From a virus: 64,000 nt of DNA. Where the stretch lies: IMG/VR virus record IMGVR_UViG_3300027798_000016, positions 61,391-125,390 of that record; one strand, written 5' to 3'. The notes beneath the pieces were generated by a model. That model ran no database searches. It saw nothing but the letters and a program-made list of their open reading frames with translations, and had not been told where the DNA came from. Shown piece after piece: positions 19,788 to 28,047 of this stretch. Position 1 is the stretch's first letter. The number at the start of each line of letters is the position of its first letter. The position numbers and the translations under genes were made by a program.

Positions 19788-20852
19788 TTCCTTTGTGGCA
19801 GTGAATGAACCATCTTCATTCTGCCACAAAAATCCCCAAGCATTGTTATAACGAGTGATACTTGGCAAGCTTGGCCACTTGGTTTTGTATGTTTGATATT
19901 CAGCATTAGCCCAGATATCATTGATCAAAGCCTTGGCCGGAAGCTTATAAGAATTCCACTTGCCACCCACCTTCTGTTCACTTGTGTATAGTGCCCATTG
20001 CTGATAAGATTGACTGTCAAAAAAGTTAATGATATTGCCAGCAATATATTCTGCATCGCTTGCAGTTGGTGCATGCATTGCCATGCGATACTTGACAGCT
20101 TGCCACTTCATTGTATAGTTTAACCACCACAGAAAATCATGGTTACTACGAATATCAGTTGGTGAAGCATTGACCAAGTCATATAGCATTTGTTCTCGTT
20201 GATCTCTGTATAGATTAACTTTATTCAGCAACCAATTTAAACTGCCCTTTTCACCATCCCATGGTTCGTGGATTGCATTGTAGTTTAATGTGTTATCCAT
20301 GTAACTTTTTAGTGCCAGACTACCAAACAAGTTATCGGCACATTCACCGGTGATGCAAACATTTGTTGGATTGGTGATAATTCCATAGTAATTGTTACTG
20401 GGCAGTAGCTTTGTACCAAATTTTGGCAATATAATCTCATCAAAGAATTTTGGATTTTCAAGTTGGCTATCTTCATTGATTGCTAACCAAACTTTCTCCT
20501 TAAGAGAATTCCAGTCTGGATGACTGATCAACAAAGATACAATTAATGTAGAGTCAATGCCACCAGAGTAAAAAACAACAATCTTCTCTGCATTACGCTC
20601 ATTTGCAATTGCAATACATTCGTCAATTCTGCTGTAGCTGGCAGATGAGAACGATGGAACTACTGATGGTAAACTTGGAATAGGACTATTGTTAAAAATT
20701 TCTACGCCGGGGATTTGAATAGTATTTGTTCTGTCGCTCAGACTAATCCAAGGGTTGAACATTTTAATAAATTCTTTTGTAACTGGGTTTACATCGTGCA
20801 TTGAATTGGCACGATAAATTCTGTGTGGAATATAGTATAGTAATTTTTTCAT
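19776..20852 (-). CDS. PP-loop asparagine-synthetase-like protein
   Basis: VFYSGGIDST and ITGECADNLFG; C-terminal YKLPAK...YKTKWPSL. Confidence 0.75.
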   Translation of the reverse strand: MKKLLYYIPHRIYRANSMHDVNPVTKEFIKMFNPWISLSDRTNTIQIPGVEIFNNSPIPSLPSVVPSFSSASYSRIDECIAIANERNAEKIVVFYSGGIDSTLIVSLLISHPDWNSLKEKVWLAINEDSQLENPKFFDEIILPKFGTKLLPSNNYYGIITNPTNVCITGECADNLFGSLALKSYMDNTLNYNAIHEPWDGEKGSLNWLLNKVNLYRDQREQMLYDLVNASPTDIRSNHDFLWWLNYTMKWQAVKYRMAMHAPTASDAEYIAGNIINFFDSQSYQQWALYTSEQKVGGKWNSYKLPAKALINDIWANAEYQTYKTKWPSLPSITRYNNAWGFLWQNEDGSFTATKELDD

Positions 20853-20853
20853 G

Positions 20854-21474
20854 TTACATCATCATTGATAAAAAGGAATCTTCTTCCATATTGGCTCTAA
20901 CTCGTGCTAGATCAAATTTAGTTGAGGCCTGACGTATTGAAATTTGATGTCGCATGCGTAGCCGCTCAAGTTTCCGTATTAGAAATTTTCTGTTCTGATA
21001 CTTGTTCACAACCAAGCCAGCGACAACAGTTGTAGCAAGACCAGATTCTTCGGCGTAGTCTTCTATCATGCCAATGTTTTCAGTTTTACCATTGACAACT
21101 TCTACAGCTTGTCGATACTTTTCTTCGTATGCATCTTGTTGCCATTCAACCACAGGGCTAAACCTTTTAAACCCATGTGCCAATCTTTGATAAAGTTCAG
21201 CAGTTAATCCTACCCTGGCTTGCAGTACAGCACTCAATGCTATCACTTCATTGTCTCTATTAAATGATTCACAGGTGGTGTTTCTAGGACCATCAAATTT
21301 TAATTTGAAATTTAAATTGCCATTGGCAAACTGATTAACAAACTGATCATCAACTCCGTAGATTCTGCAAATTGCTCGGAATTCTCCCGAGCATCCACTT
21401 TCTAAAATTGATAAGTCATTGGACCAAGCAAGAATGTCATTCTCGGCGGTACATGCAAGTGCAACCCAACGCAT
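20854..21474 (-). CDS. Hypothetical protein; C-terminus resembles tail-fibre assembly proteins
   Basis: WQQDAYEEKYRQA...EESG..VAGLVVNK...LERLRM. Confidence 0.5.
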   Translation of the reverse strand: MRWVALACTAENDILAWSNDLSILESGCSGEFRAICRIYGVDDQFVNQFANGNLNFKLKFDGPRNTTCESFNRDNEVIALSAVLQARVGLTAELYQRLAHGFKRFSPVVEWQQDAYEEKYRQAVEVVNGKTENIGMIEDYAEESGLATTVVAGLVVNKYQNRKFLIRKLERLRMRHQISIRQASTKFDLARVRANMEEDSFLSMMM

Positions 21475-21520
21475 AGCTATCTCCTAATATAATTTATGTA
21501 TGCCAATAATCCGCTGTGGA

Positions 21521-22051
21521 TTACCCAATGAGGATGTCTTCAGTAAAGCGAACGCTCAACATCAATCTTGGTAGGTCACATTGATTTTCAATGTGGTGTG
21601 GAATGTTTATTTTAACAATGGACGGCCGACTGATAATTTTTTCAACTGCAACCTTAGGTTCAGTGGTCCAGTTAATTTTTAGATACTTGATAGAGTTATG
21701 TGGGCTTTCGGTGAGATAAAACTCTCCACTGTACCATTTCATTAGCCCAGTTTCACAATTTAGTATTGGCAAGTTAAGTGCGGTATTGCTGGCATTTGCA
21801 CGATCAATTTGAAATCCGTCAATGTGCATATCTTGTACAAATCTAGGCTCATTGATAAACATGATTGCTGTTTTAACTTTGACATCAATGCCCAATACTT
21901 CCTTGATATCTTTCTTCAACAGCAATCCAATGTACAGCAATTGCTCGCCTTGAAAAGTTTGACTTAGCGTGAATTTACCGGTCCACCGTTCCAGGCAAAA
22001 TTTCTGAATTTTCTCCCAACTTGGAAGATTGATCTCTTTATAATATTCCAT
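21521..22051 (-). CDS. 2OG-Fe(II) oxygenase-like protein
   Basis: MHIDG...ALNLPI...IPHHIEN...PRLMLSVRF. Confidence 0.7.
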   Translation of the reverse strand: MEYYKEINLPSWEKIQKFCLERWTGKFTLSQTFQGEQLLYIGLLLKKDIKEVLGIDVKVKTAIMFINEPRFVQDMHIDGFQIDRANASNTALNLPILNCETGLMKWYSGEFYLTESPHNSIKYLKINWTTEPKVAVEKIISRPSIVKINIPHHIENQCDLPRLMLSVRFTEDILIG

Positions 22052-22056
22052 TAGAG

Positions 22057-22097
22057 TACTTATTGGCGCATGGCCATATCAGTTTTTCTAATAAGTA
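22057..22097. promoter_or_regulatory. Divergent pair of late-promoter-like TAAGTA motifs
   Basis: TAAGTA 5 nt before ATG 22051 (-) and 4 nt before ATG 22102 (+). Confidence 0.55.
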
Positions 22098-22101
22098 AAG
22101 T

Positions 22102-22554
22102 ATGGAATACATTTTTTCTTTCTTGGCTTGGACCCTATACCTGTATGTAATACATCGTACTATACATTCAATAGGATTGAAATTTGCACCACTTGCATTT
22201 ACAGCACATGCAGATCACCATCGTTACATCAATACAAACAAACAAACAACATGGCATTGGAACAATTTATTCTTGTTCAATGATACATGGATGAGCACAC
22301 TGGATTTGTGGATAACTGAGGTAATACCAACCTTGATCTTTTCTTGGGTAACTGGTTACTGGTGGCTAAGTGTGTTTTATTACTTGTGGGCCGCGCTGAT
22401 ACAAGAAGTCATTGAGCACAATAAAGATTTTGATTGGCACCCATTTTTAACCAGTGGAAAATGGCATCTGATTCATCATCGAGATACCAGTTCCAACTAC
22501 GGATTGTTTTTACCAATTTGGGACTTGCTGTTCAAGTCGCATAAACAAGTTTAA
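22102..22554 (+). CDS. Fatty-acid hydroxylase/sterol desaturase superfamily protein
   Basis: His boxes HRTIH, HADHH, EH, HLIHH; NYGLF..IWDLLF. Confidence 0.85.
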   Translation: MEYIFSFLAWTLYLYVIHRTIHSIGLKFAPLAFTAHADHHRYINTNKQTTWHWNNLFLFNDTWMSTLDLWITEVIPTLIFSWVTGYWWLSVFYYLWAALIQEVIEHNKDFDWHPFLTSGKWHLIHHRDTSSNYGLFLPIWDLLFKSHKQV

Positions 22555-23255
22555 TTGGCAATATTTAAACTGTATTGCTTTGCATTGCCGTGCTTCTCAA
22601 CCCAATCGTAGAATTTAAAGTGCGCTTTCTTTGGATTTTCTTTTTCTAATTTTATCACATCTGGCCAAATATCAAGGAATCGTTTGGCAACTTTTATTTC
22701 TAAAAATGCACGGTCTGGCAATGATGGCTTTAGTGTAACTAGGTCATTGGTTATAAAAACTCTACTTGGTCCGTTGATAATACCAGCGTCGTCTACGGTT
22801 TGAAAGGCTGTTTCAACATTATTTTTAAACTCCGCAGAGTCTTGATCTTCTTGAAATCTAAAAATCTGTTCTCTTTTAATCATAACACTACAAAGTACAT
22901 GACGACCTTTGTATGATAACAGATCAAGCATGTATGTACCAACTTGAATTTTTGGATCTACATGCAGACGCTGTCGATTGAGCAGTAGTTCTTTTGAATT
23001 GGACAATGTAACTTGGCCAGCAATTGAATCTAGAAAATCCTGTCCAGGTCGATTCCACGAAATAGCAGATGTAATTTGTAAAGTCTTATCCCATACAGAT
23101 GTTTCTAAGTCAATGACTTTAATTAAATTACGATCTAACATTTCAGCATTAAAGCGATCATGTGTGACTACTACTACCAAATCAACATCTTTCTCTAAGA
23201 GAGCAAAAATGTAATTCATTGCGGTATCAGGAGGGTTTACTAAAAGTAGATCCAT
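22551..23255 (-). CDS. Hypothetical protein with ATP-grasp-like remnants
   Basis: YMLDLLSYKGRHV and TVDDAGIINGPS resemble the ATP-grasp C-domain; central region short. Confidence 0.5.
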   Translation of the reverse strand: MDLLLVNPPDTAMNYIFALLEKDVDLVVVVTHDRFNAEMLDRNLIKVIDLETSVWDKTLQITSAISWNRPGQDFLDSIAGQVTLSNSKELLLNRQRLHVDPKIQVGTYMLDLLSYKGRHVLCSVMIKREQIFRFQEDQDSAEFKNNVETAFQTVDDAGIINGPSRVFITNDLVTLKPSLPDRAFLEIKVAKRFLDIWPDVIKLEKENPKKAHFKFYDWVEKHGNAKQYSLNIAN

Positions 23256-23257
23256 AA

Positions 23258-23557
23258 TTATCTCTCAAAATGTGTTGCTAGCAATGCACCAACAAAACGA
23301 GTTACCCTAGATTTGATTAACTCACTGTTCATCATCACTTCAAAATCAACAATACGATCTAGGTACTGTTCAAGTTGTTTTATTGCTAAAACTTCTTTGC
23401 TGGTTTTGATATCGGTTAAATCTTCTTTCTTAAAAACAATTTCTGTACCATCATTGAGATAAACTTTAATCCAATCTATGTATTCAACAGGAACTTCTTC
23501 AACGCGAATATCTTTAAGCATGTTCTCAAAACTTCTGTCCTTCTTTCGAATACTCAT
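23258..23557 (-). CDS. Hypothetical protein
   Basis: 99-aa ORF; SD ggag. Confidence 0.7.
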   Translation of the reverse strand: MSIRKKDRSFENMLKDIRVEEVPVEYIDWIKVYLNDGTEIVFKKEDLTDIKTSKEVLAIKQLEQYLDRIVDFEVMMNSELIKSRVTRFVGALLATHFER

Positions 23558-23592
23558 TATCTACTCCAAAAAGATTTAATACGATCAATCAT
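23557..23592 (-). CDS. Candidate 11-aa mini-ORF MIDRIKSFWSR
   Basis: TAAATA 5 nt upstream; its stop overlaps the next ATG (TAATG). Confidence 0.3.
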   Translation of the reverse strand: MIDRIKSFWSR

Positions 23593-23600
23593 TCGTGTAT

Positions 23601-24194
23601 TTAAACCACTTGTACTTTTGCTGGCCGCCCTCGGCTTCGCTTTACCTCTTCTACGGCCACTTGTCCTTTTGGGTCAAGTTTCTCTGCCTCCTCTAAGAGC
23701 TTGCGAGCTTCAGCTTGGAATGTCATAGCTTGCGAACGAAACTTTGATGCAAGTGCCGCATCGTCGAGCACACCGGGTGGTGATGCAGTTGATGTGTTGG
23801 CAATGTCTGATGATCTGGTGCCTGCCGCGGCGCTATTGTTTGCAATGCCCTTTAGTTGTTTGTTTAATTCAACCAAGTTAATTTCAACGCCAGGTGAAGG
23901 AATCATCAAAATACTTTTTGTAGGAACTTTGATCATCCAGCCTTTTTGATGTACGGTATTCAACATGTTAGTACCATCATGAAATGATTGTCGAAACAAA
24001 AATTCACTTGGGTCCATTGAACTTTGGCAAGGATTACTTTCAATTGCTTTTATTAAATCATCATGATGATTTGTTGGCAATGATTCTGTTAGGATTACCA
24101 ATGCCGACTCAGGCTCGCCTGGTACCTCTCTAAAAACAACAACTACTTTTTTGCCGTTAATGTTAACACCGACGTGTTTGATAAATTGTGCCAT
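23601..24194 (-). CDS. Conserved-looking phage hypothetical protein
   Basis: 197 aa; FIKHVG start; C-terminal RGRP AT-hook-like motif. Confidence 0.7.
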   Translation of the reverse strand: MAQFIKHVGVNINGKKVVVVFREVPGEPESALVILTESLPTNHHDDLIKAIESNPCQSSMDPSEFLFRQSFHDGTNMLNTVHQKGWMIKVPTKSILMIPSPGVEINLVELNKQLKGIANNSAAAGTRSSDIANTSTASPPGVLDDAALASKFRSQAMTFQAEARKLLEEAEKLDPKGQVAVEEVKRSRGRPAKVQVV

Positions 24195-24209
24195 TGGTAA
24201 TGTCCTTAA

Positions 24210-24503
24210 TTATTCAGCTGAAGTAGCAGTTTCGGTAACTTCTACGCCAGTGGGTGCGCCTTCGGTTGAAGCTGGTGCTTCTTCTTTTGGTGCATTGGCT
24301 TCTAAAAACTTGGCCAATTTATTATAGGTTGCACCAATGACTTCCATCTCTGGTGCGCGATATGCTCCACGCTGTGCGCCTAGTTCAATTGAACCAGCAA
24401 GCACTCTTAAATCTTGTAATGTTAACCCTACCACTGCGGCTGGTGCCTCAGTTGCCGGTGCTTCAGTTACTGGCGCTTCATTTACTACTGTATCTTGTTC
24501 CAT
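24210..24503 (-). CDS. Hypothetical protein
   Basis: 97 aa; LTLQDL...RGAY...IGATYNKL; SD aggag. Confidence 0.75.
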   Translation of the reverse strand: MEQDTVVNEAPVTEAPATEAPAAVVGLTLQDLRVLAGSIELGAQRGAYRAPEMEVIGATYNKLAKFLEANAPKEEAPASTEGAPTGVEVTETATSAE

Positions 24504-24574
24504 TTAAAATCTCCTAGGTTAGAACGGAATTTGTCCTTAGATACTTATAGCATTAAAGAACCGGATGTTAGACC

Positions 24575-24601
24575 AAAAAAAAACGCACCGTAGTGCGTTT
24601 T
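24575..24601 (-). terminator. Intrinsic terminator, possibly bidirectional
   Basis: AAAACGCAC-cgta-GTGCGTTTT hairpin with a 9-A run (U-tract on -), just after the vWA gene. Confidence 0.85.
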
Positions 24602-24616
24602 AAGAAGTGTGTAAAA

Positions 24617-25837
24617 TTAATTCCGTTTTCTTGATGGTGGAACATAGTTGGCAGTAATGCCAAACGGTGCAGTTATTTCATTGCTTCCGTGTACCACAAA
24701 CAGCGTGTCGCAGTAGTCTGGATCGCCCCAAGTACCAAACGGATAGCCGTCTGTAAAGAATACCAACTGGTGCGGCAGAACTTCGTTGTCTTTCATCCAT
24801 TGCCATACACAAGCAAAGTCTGTACCGCCACCACCGGCAACTTGATACTCGCCCATGTTTCGGCCATCGTCACCGGTAAATGTATCTTCGTTATAGACGT
24901 CAGTGTCAAATGTAATGACACGAACTTTATACGAAGTAAACTGATCCAACGAGCCCTGTACCATACCTAGAAAGTCCATCAACATACCTTCATCAATGGA
25001 ACCGGATGCATCTAATGCCACTACAATGTCAAGCTCTTCACCAGGCAATTGTCCAGGAAGTACTGCACCAGTATGCCAGCCCTTGCGGTTTGGACGCATC
25101 CATGTGTAATCGCTTTTTACTGATCCACTGAATTGAATACGCAACAGATCTTTAAGATCCATCACAGGAGCAGTGACATCTCTAACCAAACGCTGTATTG
25201 CGGCAGGAGTATTGCCTGCGCCAGCCTGCTTGGCGGCCTGTATTACAGCCTCACGCCACTCATCTCGCAAGGCTTTCTTCTCTTCTTCTGACAGCTTCTT
25301 GAACTTGGGCTTGCCTTTGCCATCTTTGTTGCCGGACTTGCCTTCGCCGTCGCCATCTTCTCCGTCTTCGCCGTCACCTTCCATGTCCAGGTGATCATCC
25401 AAGGTAACTTGAATTTTCACTGCATTTTCAAACAAGTCGTCATAGACTTCGTCAGCAGTCTTGCCTTCATACTTGCGGTCTGCCAAGATTGGTACTGTGG
25501 TAATTGGAGTGCCAACACTTTCGCGGATTAACATGTTGTTGATAACATAGTCACCTGCCATGTTCCAAATTTGTGGCTGACGATCTCCACGGCGTGTCAT
25601 GTGCTCAAATATAATGTGTCCAAGTTCATGACCAAAGCCAAAAATCATTTCACCATCACTGAGCTTGTCAACGAATGCTTTATTGTAGTAAAATTTACGA
25701 CCATCTGTCGCAATGGTATTGCACCATTCAACTTCTTCAAGTTTAAGGCGTGCCGCAAGTGGACCCCAGAAGGGATACTTTAACAGCATAGCAACACGGC
25801 TTTTAATTAGTTTGTCTCTGGCAATCATCTTTGACAT
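24617..25837 (-). CDS. Metallopeptidase-like + vWA domain protein (DUF2201 type)
   Basis: TIATDG, HELGH zinc motif, DASGS MIDAS, GGGGTDF, FTDG. Confidence 0.9.
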   Translation of the reverse strand: MSKMIARDKLIKSRVAMLLKYPFWGPLAARLKLEEVEWCNTIATDGRKFYYNKAFVDKLSDGEMIFGFGHELGHIIFEHMTRRGDRQPQIWNMAGDYVINNMLIRESVGTPITTVPILADRKYEGKTADEVYDDLFENAVKIQVTLDDHLDMEGDGEDGEDGDGEGKSGNKDGKGKPKFKKLSEEEKKALRDEWREAVIQAAKQAGAGNTPAAIQRLVRDVTAPVMDLKDLLRIQFSGSVKSDYTWMRPNRKGWHTGAVLPGQLPGEELDIVVALDASGSIDEGMLMDFLGMVQGSLDQFTSYKVRVITFDTDVYNEDTFTGDDGRNMGEYQVAGGGGTDFACVWQWMKDNEVLPHQLVFFTDGYPFGTWGDPDYCDTLFVVHGSNEITAPFGITANYVPPSRKRN

Positions 25838-25870
25838 TTTGGTGGCTCCAACTTGTTTGTATATGTATGT

Positions 25871-25899
25871 ATTATACTATGTATCTCAATCGCGGTCAA
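25871..25899 (-). promoter_or_regulatory. sigma70-type promoter
   Basis: TTGACC-17 bp-TATAAT. Confidence 0.75.
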
Positions 25900-26170
25900 C
25901 CGTTTTTTCTACTTTATTTTGTGGTCCTGACAAGTCCCAAATCATTGCTATTTGTGGATCTCTAAACCAGACATTTTGTTTGGGAATAAAGTCCCAATCC
26001 AACCGCTTTAATCCTTGTTCTCTGGCCCATCTGGTAACTTCATTAATTGTGGCATTGGTTGGGTAAGATCGGACGGACCAGCTCTTCCTTTGTTCGCGGA
26101 GCCACTCGCTAACATCAGATGGGGTAGGGGGCTGGTCCATCCAAACTTGTTGGGCTTCTGAGCCGTACAT
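25886..26170 (-). CDS. Small hypothetical protein (F..P..AM.W.L family)
   Basis: Likely start MYGSE at 26170; C-terminal WFRDPQIAMIWDL. Confidence 0.55.
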   Translation of the reverse strand: MYGSEAQQVWMDQPPTPSDVSEWLREQRKSWSVRSYPTNATINEVTRWAREQGLKRLDWDFIPKQNVWFRDPQIAMIWDLSGPQNKVEKTVDRD

Positions 26171-26201
26171 TATTTCAAGTACGGCCCAGTTCCTTTGTCT
26201 C

Positions 26202-27299
26202 TTACTCGTCGGTGAGTAAGTTGGCATAGCGTGTGAAGAACTGAGGAAAGTTCGTCATCTTTTTACGATCGAACACCACCTTGTAAGACTTCAATACAGT
26301 ATGAGCACCCATGATAACCATCTCAGGTTCAAAGTTCGCCATCATAAAACCCAGCCAGTTGTCTGCACTCTTGTTGAACTCGTCCAACTTGCCGGCTCGC
26401 TTGCCAGATTCATATCTGGTACGAAGTTCATAGCTCAAGCTGGTGACCATTGCATAAGCGGCACTTACTTCTTTGCTCTTAAAAGTGGTAACTTTACCTG
26501 ACAGCACATCTTCTGGCGCAGGCAAGTCTGCGGCATGTTTACGATGGCTCATAAACTTAATTGCCATACCCTCACCAACCAAGCCTGACACCATGTCTGT
26601 GTTGGCGCTGTCTGGCATGTCGTCATCAATCATGTCGCTTACAAAACTCCATGTACGAGGAGTAGCAAAGGCACGGTCGTGTTGTGTAGGATCAAAGTTG
26701 TACAGGTCGCCTTTGAACTGCTTCAAGAAGCCAACCACATGCGGATGGACTTGGTGCATGATGGCCCATTGTTCCCAGTCTTCAAAGTCCACACGGATTT
26801 CCAAGTGCATGAAGCGGTTGGCCAGTGGGCTAGGCATACGATAGGTAACACCCTTATCGCCCATACGGTTGCCCGCGGCAATCAGTACAACATTGTCTGG
26901 TAATTTGTATTGTCCAACCTTGCGGTTAAGGATAAGCTGGTAGGCCGCGGCCTGTACAGCAGGAGGAGCAGAGTTAAGCTCGTCTAAGAACAAGAATACA
27001 ATGTCGTATTCTTTTGCAAATTCCTCGGTAGGCAATTCTGAAGGGGTAGCCCACTTCATAGTATTGTCACCTGCACTATAATAAGGGACACCCTTAATAT
27101 CTGTAGGATCCATCAGAGCCATACGCAAGTCCACGACTGCGGAGTTGGGCCATTCTGCGGCAACTTGGTTGACCATGTCGCTTTTGCCGACTCCGGGAGG
27201 ACCCCAGACAAAGACTGGGCGACGCTTTTGTACTGCTCGGCGCAGGATAGGTTTGCACTCGCTAATCTTAACGGTGCGGGTTTCTACTTGATTTCCCAT
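26202..27299 (-). CDS. MoxR-like AAA+ ATPase
   Basis: GPPGVGKS Walker A, LFLDE Walker B, AAGNR, PLANRF, TPRTW. Confidence 0.92.
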   Translation of the reverse strand: MGNQVETRTVKISECKPILRRAVQKRRPVFVWGPPGVGKSDMVNQVAAEWPNSAVVDLRMALMDPTDIKGVPYYSAGDNTMKWATPSELPTEEFAKEYDIVFLFLDELNSAPPAVQAAAYQLILNRKVGQYKLPDNVVLIAAGNRMGDKGVTYRMPSPLANRFMHLEIRVDFEDWEQWAIMHQVHPHVVGFLKQFKGDLYNFDPTQHDRAFATPRTWSFVSDMIDDDMPDSANTDMVSGLVGEGMAIKFMSHRKHAADLPAPEDVLSGKVTTFKSKEVSAAYAMVTSLSYELRTRYESGKRAGKLDEFNKSADNWLGFMMANFEPEMVIMGAHTVLKSYKVVFDRKKMTNFPQFFTRYANLLTDE

Positions 27300-27335
27300 T
27301 TGGTGGCTCCTACTAGGGTTGTTTATGATACATGT

Positions 27336-27364
27336 AGTATAACAAAACTAGAGATTGTTGTCAA
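27336..27364 (-). promoter_or_regulatory. sigma70-type early promoter
   Basis: TTGACA-17 bp-TATACT, then SD aggag before the ATPase gene. Confidence 0.85.
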
Positions 27365-27381
27365 CCCCTAGTTTGCTATAA

Positions 27382-27738
27382 TTAGGCACTTGCCACAGAT
27401 TCTGTAGCAGGGGCAACTTGTGCAACAAACTCAGAAGCATCAATAGCTTCTTTTGTCATTGCAAAGGGCAACTCGACAAACTTGACATCTGTGCAACCTG
27501 CACGGACCAGGGTACGAGTACGGCGCTTGTCGTTGGTGTAACGAACTGCACCTTTACCATTTTTGCTGACAGCATACCCAACATGGGTAAAAGTCTCGCC
27601 ATTGGTAACTGCTTCAATTGCGGCAGTGACAACAGCAGGCGCAACTGGTGCAACAACAGCAGATGCCATAACTTTGGCACGGGCACGAGCTTCACGCTTG
27701 CGGATTGCAGTAGGGGTCTGCGAAAGAACTTTAGACAT
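27382..27738 (-). CDS. Early hypothetical protein
   Basis: Start MSKVLSQ at 27738 with SD aggag, downstream of the promoter at 27794-27822. Confidence 0.75.
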   Translation of the reverse strand: MSKVLSQTPTAIRKREARARAKVMASAVVAPVAPAVVTAAIEAVTNGETFTHVGYAVSKNGKGAVRYTNDKRRTRTLVRAGCTDVKFVELPFAMTKEAIDASEFVAQVAPATESVASA

Positions 27739-27793
27739 AAAAATACTCCTGTGTGTGTTTAAAAACATTGCAGAACCGTTCCGCAATATGTAT

Positions 27794-27822
27794 ACTATAC
27801 TACAGACCCAGATCCTTGTCAA
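27794..27822 (-). promoter_or_regulatory. sigma70-type early promoter
   Basis: AAAAACAGG-TTGACA-17 bp-TATAGT. Confidence 0.8.
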
Positions 27823-27964
27823 CCTGTTTTTGGTTCTTAGCGGTTCTTTTGTAGACTTTTTTGCTGTCCACAACTTTGGCCCTAAAAGGACTGTCAGCAT
27901 GGTACAGCTCAATAGCTCTACGCTTTGGCGCTTTAAACTTTAAAGTAAGGATCGTCCGTTTCAT
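27800..27964 (-). CDS. Small basic protein, ArfA-like
   Basis: 54 aa; LYHADSPFRAKVVDSKKVYKRTAKN resembles the ArfA core. Confidence 0.45.
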   Translation of the reverse strand: MKRTILTLKFKAPKRRAIELYHADSPFRAKVVDSKKVYKRTAKNQKQVDKDLGL

Positions 27965-27973
27965 AGTGTTACT

Positions 27974-28002
27974 ATTATATGGCAACTAGAGCCAAGAGTC
28001 AA
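27974..28002 (-). promoter_or_regulatory. sigma70-type early promoter
   Basis: AAAAACAGG-TTGACT-17 bp-TATAAT. Confidence 0.85.
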
Positions 28003-28021
28003 CCTGTTTTTTAACTATTTT

Positions 28022-28039
28022 TGTTGTATTTTTACAACA
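28022..28039. promoter_or_regulatory. Palindromic operator-like site
   Basis: TGTTGTA-TTTT-TACAACA, about 20 bp upstream of the -35 box. Confidence 0.5.
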
Positions 28040-28047
28040 TCTATTGC

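Noticed and set aside
16637-20852. Calling the SGGxDS proteins queC
   Set aside because: No YGQ motif or C-terminal Cys zinc cluster, larger than QueC, and not adjacent to the que genes
27739-27912. N-terminal extension of ORF 27382-27912, and similar extensions at 28560, 30610, 33171, 36696, 42617
   Set aside because: Extensions run across promoters or upstream genes; internal ATGs have better SD or promoter context
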